Positions 16,396 to 26,255 are shown, counted from the first letter of the stretch. The stretch: DNA of 32,000 nucleotides from Trichodesmium erythraeum IMS101 (GCF_000014265.1 NC_008312.1:2910001-2942000), one strand, 5' to 3'. Program-made: numbers and translations. Notes: generated by a model from the sequence alone, not told the origin.

Positions 16396-17916
16396 ATGAT
16401 TAATGATAACAGCCAAAATCAGGAAACAAATTTTTGGATATGCAATGGAGAGGAAAAAAACCTGCCTCATCCCCCGCAAATGCTTCATTACGGTGATGAG
16501 TGTCCTATTTGCCACAATGTCAAAAAAATCAAACGGAACCCACCTCCTCCAAACCCAGACACCATTAATATTACTAGACCAACCGATTTTGAAGTACCCC
16601 CAGAGGTCGACACCAATAGTATTAAAGGTACTAGACCAACTGCTTCTCAAGTATCCCCAACAGGACAAAAGTCAAAACGCGACTGGCCTCTTGTTGGGGC
16701 ACTTACGATTTTGAACCTGGGGAGTGCATTTACGACTGTTCGTGGTGCGTCGCAAATTCTCCCGAGTTTTGTCGCTTATCCTATGGGTATTACTATTCAG
16801 GGAGTGCTATTTGCCTTAATTGCTCGTTTATTCCTGAAACACGCCCCCTTAATTAAATGGGTAGTTGTAGGCTGCTTTTCAACTTTTAGCGTTTACACTA
16901 GCTTTTTTGCTTACTATGATTTACTAAATCGAGAGACACGGGAAAAGACTCGTATTGAGCTAGCTAATTCTGGTCATCAAAGCTTAGTAGGAGAATTCTT
17001 TACCCCGATTCAAAATAAAGTTAATTCCTTGGAAAGCGAGATAGGTATTATTAACAAAAAAATAGAGAAAGAAACTCAAGGAGAGAGGGGAGGAAGACCA
17101 AAAGGTTGTGGAAAAGTGTGTCAGCAACTAAAAGAAGAAAGAGAAATACTCGAAGAACAAAAAGCTCAACTTAAACCATTAGTCAACCGCTTACAGCCTT
17201 TATTTAACTACAATGTGGAAGGTAAGTCACCAAAAGAAATTTTTGACACTGACTTCAAAGCTTTATCTAAAGTTGGGGAAAATTGTTTACCAAAAGAGCT
17301 GTTATCACAGCTAGAGATTACTTGTTTGCCCGATCAATATTTGAAGGCTTTAAACCCACAAAATTCTGAAAATTACGAAAGGCTAAGATTGACATACATC
17401 GATCCAGATCTAGAGGTTGATTTTCTTGCGCCCATTCTTAAAGTCATGAAAGGTGAAGGTTCTGCCATAGCATCTGTCATTATGGCTTTGCTAATTGATG
17501 GCTGTATCATTTTGTTAGGAATTGGTGTTGAAATTCGCCCCCAGGTAACTCGTCAACGACAACAAACATTGACCTTGCAAATAAAAGATGGTAAAATTGT
17601 GGAGTTTTTAAACCTGTTACTATCGAAATCAGAAAATGAAACTATTGAAATAGAAAAAAGCGATAACAATAAAGATGAATACCAAAATTTGCTCACTTGG
17701 CTTTCTGTAAACACTCGATGGATTTGGCAAGATGAAGATAAAAGCTGGTACTTTCGATCTTCCAGTAGTAAAGAGAATTTTCAGAAATGGTTGATAAATC
17801 AGATAAATTTGCAAAATCAGGCTCGGGCTAGTACGAATTTATTGGAGTCCTGGAAGAAAAAGCCTCCAGAATATTTTGTGCTTGAGATGCCAATAGTTTC
17901 AAAAGATCAGGATTAA
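16396..17916 (+). CDS. Membrane protein with an N-terminal Cys/His knuckle (zinc-ribbon-like), a Pro-rich linker, 3 TM helices, a coiled coil, a 4th TM helix and a C-terminal soluble domain, gene D of the cluster
   Basis: 506-aa ORF with an ATG start; TGGAG lies 11 nt upstream. The knuckle is WICNGEEKNLPHPPQMLHYGDECPICH (C16, H25, H31, C36, C39, H40), followed by the Pro-rich KRNPPPPNPD. Hydrophobic segments are WPLVGALTILNLGSAFTTV, FVAYPMGITIQGVLFALIARLFL and WVVVGCFSTFSVYTSFFAYY. A heptad-rich stretch follows (NKVNSLESEIGIINKKIEKE...LKEEREILEEQKAQLKPLV), then AIASVIMALLIDGCIILLGIGV (nt ~17458-17525). Confidence 0.8.
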   Translation: MINDNSQNQETNFWICNGEEKNLPHPPQMLHYGDECPICHNVKKIKRNPPPPNPDTINITRPTDFEVPPEVDTNSIKGTRPTASQVSPTGQKSKRDWPLVGALTILNLGSAFTTVRGASQILPSFVAYPMGITIQGVLFALIARLFLKHAPLIKWVVVGCFSTFSVYTSFFAYYDLLNRETREKTRIELANSGHQSLVGEFFTPIQNKVNSLESEIGIINKKIEKETQGERGGRPKGCGKVCQQLKEEREILEEQKAQLKPLVNRLQPLFNYNVEGKSPKEIFDTDFKALSKVGENCLPKELLSQLEITCLPDQYLKALNPQNSENYERLRLTYIDPDLEVDFLAPILKVMKGEGSAIASVIMALLIDGCIILLGIGVEIRPQVTRQRQQTLTLQIKDGKIVEFLNLLLSKSENETIEIEKSDNNKDEYQNLLTWLSVNTRWIWQDEDKSWYFRSSSSKENFQKWLINQINLQNQARASTNLLESWKKKPPEYFVLEMPIVSKDQD

Positions 17917-17956
17917 GTTTGGCAGAGATTGCTTCCTACTTACTAAGGTACACTTG

Positions 17957-17975
17957 TGCGGGCAATATGCCCGCA
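17957..17975. terminator. GC-rich hairpin between the convergent gene D and gyrA (possible bidirectional terminator)
   Basis: tgcgggca-ata-tgcccgca: a perfect 8-bp stem lying 41 nt after the gene D stop and 67 nt after the gyrA stop. No clear U-tract on either strand, hence the low confidence. Confidence 0.35.
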
Positions 17976-18041
17976 ATAGCAAGATAGAAGTTTTAATATC
18001 TGTACCTCATATACTGGAAATTTGCTGTAACTGATAACTGA

Positions 18042-20663
18042 TTAATAACCAACCACTTTAATAATTTTTTCTTTGGCACCCAACTTCAGTAGACGATGGC
18101 CGTGATCATCTTGTTGATCAACTTTTACCCTGTCAGCAATCATTCCAAAAACTCTACCATCAGTTGTCAACACCTGAACCAGAACATTTGAACTACTAGC
18201 AACTATCCCCGCTAAAATATCATCTTGTCTGGTAAACTGAAAAACATTTTGACCAATACCACCACGATTAGCTACTCGCAAAGCAGTAACAGGAATTTGC
18301 TTACCATAACTGTGTTGAGAAACTAACAATAAATTACTTCCTATATCCAAAGTCACACAACCAACTAACTCTTCTTGTTTCCTTAACCTAGTTGCTTGAG
18401 AACCTTGAGCAGCACGCCCCATTAATGGTAATTTTTCGTCATCTATTTGTAATCTTAATAATCGCCCACCAGAAGTAGCCAAAACCACTTGTTCTCCAGT
18501 TTTACCCAAACTAACATAACGTAATTCATCATCTTCTTTAAGCTTAATTACTGTCACTCCACGATTTCTCATATCACTCAAATCAGACAAACATAAACGT
18601 TTAATTTTGCCATTTTGAGTCAACATAATTAAGTCTTTATTCTCCTTAGCTTCATTTAAAATAAATTGACCAATAATAATTTCTTTACGAGCATCAGTAA
18701 TTTCTTTTGTAGCTGATGGGGGTAGTAAAGTTACTAAAGGTACCCCTTTATTTTCATTCCGTATTGTCGAACGGTTAGAAGCAGAAGGAATATTATTGAC
18801 TTTCAAAGGATATGCTTTACCAGTACGAGTTAGTAATACTAAAGTTTTGTCAGTAGTTGCCTCAATTATATTAGTAGTAAAATCCTCACTATTTTCCATA
18901 GTTATATGAGATTTTTTATCAATTTTATACTTCTCAAATCCTTTAGCAGGAATTCGTCTTACATATCCTCGGTGGCTAAATTCTATAACAACTTTTTCTG
19001 TAGGTGGCGGAGCAGCTTCCAAAGTCAAAATTGGCGATTTAACTGTTATATTTTTTGATTTTATTACTCTACCTTTTGTTTTTATATCTATTTCTTTATT
19101 TCCAGCTTCTAGATATTTTTTCTGTTGAGAAATAGATGCAAAATCATCAGCATTTTTTAATTTTATTTGGTCGATAATTCGAGTACGTCTAGGGTCGTTA
19201 TATTTACGCTTTAGGGTTCGCAATTCTTTTTTGAGGGCTTTGAGAAGTTGATGGCGATCGCCTAATAAATTTTCTAGCTCTTGTATTTTTCCCATGAGTT
19301 GCTCATGTTCTTCCTCTAACTTTTGTTTTTCCAAACCAGTTAGTCTTCGCATTGGCATTGCTAGGATAGCATCAGCTTGATTTTCGCTTAAACCCAAACT
19401 TTCTTGGAAGCTAACTTTAGCAGTATTACCATCCGGTGCATTTCTGAGAATATCAATTACTCTATCCAATTCTTTTAGAGCAGTTAGTAAACCTGCAACA
19501 ATGTGACTTCTAGCTTGAGCTATTTGTAGCTCATGGGTATAGTGACGGGTGAGAGTCTCTTCTCTAAAATTGAGAAATTCTTGTAAAAGTGTTCGCAAAG
19601 ATAATTGCTGTGGTTGTCCATTAACCAAAGCTAGCATAATTGCACCAAATTTAGAAAGTAAGTCAGTATTTCGGTAGAGATGGTGAAGTACAACACTAGG
19701 GTCAGCTTCACGTTTTAGCTCAATAACAACTCTAATACCAGAGCGATCGCTCTCATCTCGCAAATCAGCAATACCTTCGATCTTGCCTGCATTAACTAAG
19801 TCTGCTGTTTTTTCTATCCAGCCTGCTTTATTAACTTGGAAAGGTAACTCTGTGACCACAATAGCTGTTTTTGTCCGTCGTCCACGACCTGTAGGCACTT
19901 GCTCAATAGTTGCCACACCCCTCATGGGGATGCTACCTCGACCCTTAGTATAAGTATCAATAATTCCATCTGTGCTAACAATTTCTCCTCCAGTGGGAAA
20001 GTCAGGCCCAGGAATTAATTCAAATAACTTTTGATCAGAAATATTAGGATTGTCAATTAAAGCAATGAGGCCATCTACGACCTCACCTAAATTATGCGGT
20101 GGAACATTAGTTGCCATTCCTACAGCAATTCCAGAAGAACCATTTAGTAATAAAAATGGTAATTGTGCCGGTAATACTTTAGGCTCTTGTTGGGAACCAT
20201 CAAAGTTGTTGGTAAAGTCAACTATAGCTTCACTAATTTGGGTTAATAAACCTTCATTGCCAATTGATGCCAAGCGACTTTCTGTGTAACGCATAGCAGC
20301 GGCAGGGTCATTGTCAATGGAGCCAAAGTTACCGTGGCCATCTAGTAATGGATAACGACTAGAAAAATTTTGAATCATCCGCACCATAGCATCATAAACA
20401 GCCTGGTCGCCGTGGGGATGGTATTTTCCGAGAACGTCACCAACTACTCTGGCGCATTTGCGAAATGGTCTATCTGGAGTGAGACCAAGTTCGTGCATAG
20501 CGTATATTATTCGACGATGAACTGGTTTTTGTCCATCTCTAACATCTGGCAAAGCTCGGCCAACAATCACACTCATGGCATATTCAAGATATGATTGTTG
20601 CATTTCTGTATGGAGTGATGTAGTAATAACTTTTCCGGAAAGTAAATTTAATTTTTTGGCCAT
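18042..20663 (-). CDS. gyrA: DNA gyrase subunit A
   Basis: 873-aa ORF. The N-terminus reads [37 protein letters not shown] and [18 protein letters not shown]. The active-site region is [10 protein letters not shown]. The C-terminal beta-pinwheel repeats are present. Confidence 0.97.
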   Translation of the reverse strand: MAKKLNLLSGKVITTSLHTEMQQSYLEYAMSVIVGRALPDVRDGQKPVHRRIIYAMHELGLTPDRPFRKCARVVGDVLGKYHPHGDQAVYDAMVRMIQNFSSRYPLLDGHGNFGSIDNDPAAAMRYTESRLASIGNEGLLTQISEAIVDFTNNFDGSQQEPKVLPAQLPFLLLNGSSGIAVGMATNVPPHNLGEVVDGLIALIDNPNISDQKLFELIPGPDFPTGGEIVSTDGIIDTYTKGRGSIPMRGVATIEQVPTGRGRRTKTAIVVTELPFQVNKAGWIEKTADLVNAGKIEGIADLRDESDRSGIRVVIELKREADPSVVLHHLYRNTDLLSKFGAIMLALVNGQPQQLSLRTLLQEFLNFREETLTRHYTHELQIAQARSHIVAGLLTALKELDRVIDILRNAPDGNTAKVSFQESLGLSENQADAILAMPMRRLTGLEKQKLEEEHEQLMGKIQELENLLGDRHQLLKALKKELRTLKRKYNDPRRTRIIDQIKLKNADDFASISQQKKYLEAGNKEIDIKTKGRVIKSKNITVKSPILTLEAAPPPTEKVVIEFSHRGYVRRIPAKGFEKYKIDKKSHITMENSEDFTTNIIEATTDKTLVLLTRTGKAYPLKVNNIPSASNRSTIRNENKGVPLVTLLPPSATKEITDARKEIIIGQFILNEAKENKDLIMLTQNGKIKRLCLSDLSDMRNRGVTVIKLKEDDELRYVSLGKTGEQVVLATSGGRLLRLQIDDEKLPLMGRAAQGSQATRLRKQEELVGCVTLDIGSNLLLVSQHSYGKQIPVTALRVANRGGIGQNVFQFTRQDDILAGIVASSSNVLVQVLTTDGRVFGMIADRVKVDQQDDHGHRLLKLGAKEKIIKVVGY

Positions 20664-20677
20664 GAGTTAGTATTTTA

Positions 20678-20736
20678 GATAGGGAATAGGGAGGGAATAT
20701 GGAATAGAGAATATAAATGGGAATAGGGAATATAAA
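20678..20736. repeat. STRR-type heptamer run (GGGAATA and variants) immediately upstream of gyrA
   Basis: Direct reading: gatagggaatagggagggaatatggaatagagaatataaatgggaatagggaatataaa. Confidence 0.6.
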
Positions 20737-22408
20737 TTAGTATTAAACTATACCTCACCATCCTAAAAATTGCTTTAATTTTATTAATTGAGATAATTTT
20801 GAGGATATTATTAGGAAATTCAGCCAAAGTAAAAAGGCTAAAGTGTTAGATTCCCATTACTAAATAGGAGTTTAAATATAATTAGATAAGTATACAATTA
20901 AGCTAGCTAATGGAAGTAATTTTCTCATATTTTTAGACAAGTTTTTCAAATAGTTATTAATTGAGACATTTTTATAAGAAGTTTAGCTAAGGGATTAAAA
21001 CTTTTGATATTGTTTCTTTAGAAGTTATATTTATGGCCTTTTTCTTGTTATGTAACCTCAGCTATTATAATTAATTATTAGAAATATCTAATAATAGGTT
21101 ATTTGTAAAGGAGATACAAAAAACGAAGATAGGAAATAGGGAATGTTTAAGATAGTAAATAACACAGCTAAAACCCTGAAATTTTACGAAAATTGTAGAA
21201 AAATTTATTGATATTTATCCAACTATTCTAGTTACCTCTTGCTGCAGAAGCTCTGCTAAATCTACTTATCAGGCATCAGCTTTTTTCATGAATAACTTGC
21301 CTGGTTGATTTTTTTTGAGCTTAGTTAAAGTATTGACTAACCTAAAAACATTTGAAATAACTATTCCTCTCCATAAATGTCGATTCAGGAAAGGCAGTTT
21401 AAGGGTTTGAGAGCCTTTTATGAAGATATCTATTAAGATTGCTAATTACGGACTGCCTTTTTCTAAAATTACTGTCCTAGCACTCTCAAAGCTTACTAGT
21501 ATTTTTAACAAAAGACAAATCAAAATATCTGCTAGACTAGTCAAAATAAATACCTACACAAAATTATTGGCAAAACTCGATGTTTATACAAGGATTAGAT
21601 TTCAGCTTTTAAAGTGTGTAATTTATTTTATTTACTCACTTGATAATTAAACTATTTTTAGGCATAGTAGATCTTCAGTAATACTGAAGTAATTTAAGTC
21701 TTACTTTTAACTTACAGCTAATTTTAATACTAATCTATATTCCCAAAATTTGTAAAACTTTGCACCTCATCAACTGAAAAACTGCTATAATAAAATATAT
21801 ATTCTAATTTTAAAATTGTCAGTAAGTATGAGTTTTAATATTTTAGGTTATTTTTTGGGAATTGATTATGCCAGTATTTATGGGATACTTATAGTGGGTT
21901 TCATCAAGGGTGAGGTATAGTTGTCACGGGCTATATTTTCCCGTAAAAAAGGTTTGATGGTTTAGTATTTGTATTTGATCAGTGTGGGAATCTGTTGTAT
22001 TTAATTATAATAGCAGTCATAAAAAAATATATCGTTAACTACTTTATTCTAATATTATCTTACTACTAGGCAACTATCAGTGGGTATTTAAAAGTCCCAA
22101 ATTAATTTTATCCATGATCCAAAAATTAAGATGTCAAACCTCTTCTTGAATAGGGTATGAAAAAAAATCAACTTGCGTATTTCAAACCTTTGGCTTCATT
22201 GGTTGGTATTGATAACTGATGAGGTTAGTAAAGCATGATCAAAACTTGGATCATAGCTGTTTATGAGTTGAGAAAGCCTTCGTTTAATTTTTAGTTCGTT
22301 TTATGTTAAAGCGAATTAACTATTACTAGTTAAACCTATGGAATTTAGTCTAAACTTTATGATGGTAGAGTAGTGATTACACTTACAAGTATTTAGTAGG
22401 AGAATTAT

Positions 22409-22807
22409 ATGAGTACCATTTTAATAGTAGAAGATGATCAGGTTAATGCTAAGGTTTTTTCCAAGATTTTGACAAAAAGGGGTGGTTTAAATGTTAAGCA
22501 TACAGAAGATGTGGAAGAAGTAGTGAAAATTGCTAGGTCAAAGGAAGCAGATTTGATTTTAATGGATGTTTCTCTAACTCGCAGCGTCTATAATGGTAAG
22601 GCTTTTGATGGCATTCAAATTACTCAACTTCTCAAATCTGATCCTCAAACATGTAAGCTACCAATTATATTATTAACAGCTCATGCCATGTCAGGTGATC
22701 GAGAAAATTTTTTAAATAAAAGTGGCGCTGACGGTTATATTTCTAAACCAGTAGTGGATCATCAAGAATTTGTCAATCATATCAAGTCATTTTTGAGTGA
22801 AGATTAA
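22409..22807 (+). CDS. Single-domain response regulator (CheY-like receiver)
   Basis: 132 aa. It has ILIVEDD (acidic pocket), DLILMDVSL (phospho-acceptor Asp), PIILLTAH and YISKPV (conserved Lys). GGAG lies 7 nt before the ATG. No output domain. Confidence 0.9.
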   Translation: MSTILIVEDDQVNAKVFSKILTKRGGLNVKHTEDVEEVVKIARSKEADLILMDVSLTRSVYNGKAFDGIQITQLLKSDPQTCKLPIILLTAHAMSGDRENFLNKSGADGYISKPVVDHQEFVNHIKSFLSED

Positions 22808-22860
22808 TGAATGGATAAATTGGCCACTGCACTTTATTCAAAAGTAAGATATATTTGAAA

Positions 22861-22882
22861 AGTACTAGAATGTTCTAGTACT
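22861..22882. terminator. Near-perfect palindrome / hairpin 54 nt downstream of the response-regulator stop
   Basis: agtactagaa-tg-ttctagtact (10-nt arms). AT-rich flanks but no U-run. It could be a terminator stem or a protein-binding palindrome. Confidence 0.3.
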
Positions 22883-23587
22883 AATAGCGACTGATATACA
22901 GACATCTAATTACCATCAATTAGGATTTGCGGAAAAAGTCGTTTTGTAAGGATAAGGAATGGCTAATTGACAGTAAACAATCTTTAGAAACAAGGCATTA
23001 GGGAGTAAGGAGTAGTGATAAATAATTAATCATTTGTATAAGATAATTGCTTTGATATTTTATGATCGGAGATGTCTAATACCATTCCTCAAAAATTTTT
23101 AAACTTTACGCTTTGAGTGGGGGAGTGGGAGAGAAGTAAATATTTATAAAATTAAAACAATTCTAGAGTGTTAATCGTACAATAAGCAAAAAGTTTATTC
23201 CCTTGATGTTAATTGCTTAAATTTATGAAGTTTTACCTAAGTAAACTAGAGTTGTTTGGTGTGGGAAAATTTAAAATACTCAAAAGCTTACTCTATAAGC
23301 TTTTCAGGATTTTAATGCTCAAAATCACGCTTAAACCTGTACTTGTTTTGGGTTTTAGACATTTTTTGGGCTTAATTCCCAACAACTCTATTATTAATGG
23401 ATGGGAATTGGTCTAATAAGTAATAGTTGCGATCTGTGAATTTTTATTGATTTTTTATGGGTTTTGTGGGAACAAATCCCAAGTGATCGAATATTAATCT
23501 CGTAAGTTTTGGGCACTTTTCTTAAAGTAAACCATTGCTTAAACTGATATATTATCAGGATTTTATATTTATTCAGTTGGTTCGTTC

Positions 23588-25822
23588 TTATCGATCGCTG
23601 AGAACTTCACCATAAGAAAAACCTGGAGCTGCCAGAACAAAAACTGTAGTAGGAAGACCAAGAGTTTTAGACTGTAAATCCTGATAATATTCGGTAAAAT
23701 TCTCTCCTGGAGTGCGAATACCAAGGAAAATTAAATCTGCATTCCGAGAAGACTCATGCAAAATATCATAAAAAGAACGACCATTAGAGACCAAAACTTG
23801 AGAACTTGCACTAATGCGTAAACTTTGAATTAAATTATCAACATTTGCTTGGGTTTTTTGAGCTGCAGTTTGTTCAGGAACTACTAGTTTTAAGTTAATT
23901 TGAGCATTCCGCCAATCCATATCCGTACGCAACAAATAGGCCAAAAGTAACATTAAGCCACCATTATTTTGTAAACCGCCCCACCATACATCTATTCGAC
24001 GATATTGACCAAAGCCGTGATCGCTATTTTCCCGGAAAATTACTACATTTTTTTTGGCTTTATGAATATGAGCAACCAACTGACAGTAGCGATCGCGACG
24101 AGAAGCTTCCTGACTATCTCCAAGCACCACTGTATTTGGTGTTAGTGGTCCAATACCATAAGTTTCTACCAAGAGTTTTGCCCCATCAAAAAAGTCTGTA
24201 GCTGTTACAACTCTTACCAACACTTGCACTCCACGCTTTTCAACGTACTCACGAATAGTTTCTTCGGTATCACTCTGCTGAGAAACATCGCGAGATGAAC
24301 TGGGTAAAACACTACAGACTGTAATTATCCCTCGGTTATGGGTTAGGTGATCTGCAAACCGAATTAATAACCAACGTTTTTTTGGTACTCCAGATAAGAC
24401 TAAAATATGAGGACGCCAGTTTTTAGTATCTTCTTCACCTAGGAGCAAAATCCCTTCCCGTACTAAGGCCATCCATATTCCTCGTCTAGCATCTCCCCAA
24501 GTGGTCTCTAATTCCCGTCTTTGTAGCCAGATAAATATTGTTAGCACTATCACAGCAGCAATAACTGTAGCTATAGCATTAATCAGAAACATTACTGCTA
24601 AACAACCCAGGGCACCCAGCATTGATAATGACCAATGGACTTTAAATGTAGGACGAAAAGAAGGACTTTGTAAGAAGCCTTCTATACCTGCTGAGACGTT
24701 TAAAACCATATATGTTGTTAAAAAGAACATGGTCAGTACTGGGGCAATAATATTTAGGTCGCCTATGCAAACTGTAGCAGTAGCAACTCCTAAAGTCACT
24801 GCTGTACCAATTCGAGGTTCGTCTTTAAGCTTACTACCATTGCCAAGAAAAGATAACCAACGTGGTAAAACTCCATCTCTTGCTAAAGCTTGTAAGACTC
24901 TGGGAGCTCCCAATATACTACCGATGGCGCTGGAAAGAGTTGCACCCCAAACTCCAAATAAAATAGCTGGTTCCCAAACAGCCATTTCTTTCATGATCAA
25001 GGGTTTTTCTATTAACGTAGTTGGATCTGCACGCATGGCCAGAATAATTGGTAATATCATATAGATTACATATCCTGTACCAACTGCTGCTAGAGTACCT
25101 ATAGGAATAGAACGGTTAGGTTCTTGCAAGTCTCCAGACATACTGACTCCTGCCATTATTCCTGTTACTGCTGGAAAGAAGACGGCAAAAACTGTCCAAA
25201 AAGGTTCTGTAGATTGCTCTGGAGTTGCCAAAATGTCTATACTTGTTATTTCTAGGGGATGTCCAAAGGCAAATGAGATTAGGGATAAGGCGATCGCTCC
25301 CATAATAAAATATTGGGCCTTAATAGCGATTTCTGCTGAGGTAAAGGCCAATACTGCTACAGCTATGGTGGTAATTAAAGCTACATACAATTTGTTAAAG
25401 CTACCAAAAGTATCTACAATGCTTTCTGCAAAACCAATGGTATAAAGGGCAACAGAGAGAGCTTGGGCAAAATAAAGGGGTATTCCTACTGCACCACCTG
25501 TTTCAAGACCCAGAGATCGACTAATCATATAGTATGCTCCTCCCCCTCTAACTATTCTGTCTGTGGCGATCGCGCTAACTGACAAAGATGTGAGCAAGGT
25601 AATAACTGTGGAGAGAGTAACAATAAGTAAGGTTCCCAATAAACCTACATTACCTACTACCCATCCAAAGCGGAGATACATAATTACACCCAAGATTGTC
25701 AAAATTGAGGGAGTATATACACCTCCGAATGTCCCTAAACCTTTTTCATTTATACGCTCGGGAGATGTTTTGGGAGTGGCTTGTGTTTCTTCTGGTAGGT
25801 TTGAACTTTTAAATAGTTTCAT
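23588..25822 (-). CDS. Cation-chloride cotransporter-like permease (SLC12 / APC superfamily) with a cytoplasmic C-terminal domain
   Basis: 744 aa. The N-terminus reads GLGTFGGVYTPSILTILGVIMYLRFGWVVGNVGL, matching the SLC12 signature region. About 12 hydrophobic helices follow, then a ~280-aa soluble C-terminal domain (RPHILVLSG...). Confidence 0.85.
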   Translation of the reverse strand: MKLFKSSNLPEETQATPKTSPERINEKGLGTFGGVYTPSILTILGVIMYLRFGWVVGNVGLLGTLLIVTLSTVITLLTSLSVSAIATDRIVRGGGAYYMISRSLGLETGGAVGIPLYFAQALSVALYTIGFAESIVDTFGSFNKLYVALITTIAVAVLAFTSAEIAIKAQYFIMGAIALSLISFAFGHPLEITSIDILATPEQSTEPFWTVFAVFFPAVTGIMAGVSMSGDLQEPNRSIPIGTLAAVGTGYVIYMILPIILAMRADPTTLIEKPLIMKEMAVWEPAILFGVWGATLSSAIGSILGAPRVLQALARDGVLPRWLSFLGNGSKLKDEPRIGTAVTLGVATATVCIGDLNIIAPVLTMFFLTTYMVLNVSAGIEGFLQSPSFRPTFKVHWSLSMLGALGCLAVMFLINAIATVIAAVIVLTIFIWLQRRELETTWGDARRGIWMALVREGILLLGEEDTKNWRPHILVLSGVPKKRWLLIRFADHLTHNRGIITVCSVLPSSSRDVSQQSDTEETIREYVEKRGVQVLVRVVTATDFFDGAKLLVETYGIGPLTPNTVVLGDSQEASRRDRYCQLVAHIHKAKKNVVIFRENSDHGFGQYRRIDVWWGGLQNNGGLMLLLAYLLRTDMDWRNAQINLKLVVPEQTAAQKTQANVDNLIQSLRISASSQVLVSNGRSFYDILHESSRNADLIFLGIRTPGENFTEYYQDLQSKTLGLPTTVFVLAAPGFSYGEVLSDR

Positions 25823-25861
25823 AGATCTTCAATTTTAATGGCCATCACGAAAAAGTTATAG

Positions 25862-25892
25862 AAGTCAAAAGTCAAAATTTAAAAGTCAAAAG
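25862..25892. repeat. STRR-type heptamer run (AAAGTCA) in the divergent promoter region
   Basis: Direct reading: aagtcaaaagtcaaaatttaaaagtcaaaag. Confidence 0.6.
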
Positions 25893-26255
25893 CAAGGGAG
25901 GCTGGGCTGAAAATTTTGACTTGAGAGTAATTTAAAGGAATTATTTGACATAATAACTTTGAAAGTATTTGTGCCATCAAATTCAGTGAATTGCTATTCA
26001 AGAATTAATATTTAGCATTTTCTTGAATTTGCTATAGTTTTCTGGTCTAATAGTTCCTTTATCCTGTTTGGAATTTTATTAGTTTTGTTGGGTGGGAGAG
26101 CTAGTACCTATCTCTGGCTAAAAGAAATAAGGGTTTTCCCTACTCCTAGTCTTTGTAGTTAGAGAAGATTAGGATTTTGCTATACAGGAAAATTAAATAA
26201 GGGGCAAAGGTTTTCCCTACTCCGTACTCTCTTTTTATTAAGTTGATTTTAGTCA

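Noticed and set aside
10422-17814. Short ORFs overlapping cluster genes (10422-10697, 10805-10996, 12105-12365, 12884-13165, 13282-13644, 13971-14159, 15885-16082, 16172-16378, 16375-16668, 16403-16714, 17629-17814)
   Set aside because: Each is nested in, or antisense to, a much longer ORF that has recognisable motifs. They show no motifs or RBS and have biased composition. I treat them as shadow or alternative-frame ORFs.
21420-21650. 76-aa ORF in the gyrA/regulator intergenic region (and the 67-aa ORF at 23213-23416)
   Set aside because: Both have K/I/L-rich low-complexity products with no RBS and no recognisable motif. 23213 starts at TTG. Such ORFs are expected by chance in long AT-rich spacers.
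20050-25838. ORFs antisense to gyrA (20050-20289, 20370-20594) and to the SLC12-type gene (24501-25064, 25233-25445, 25563-25838)
   Set aside because: They lie opposite well-supported conserved genes. The 187-aa one simply mirrors the long stop-free transporter frame.
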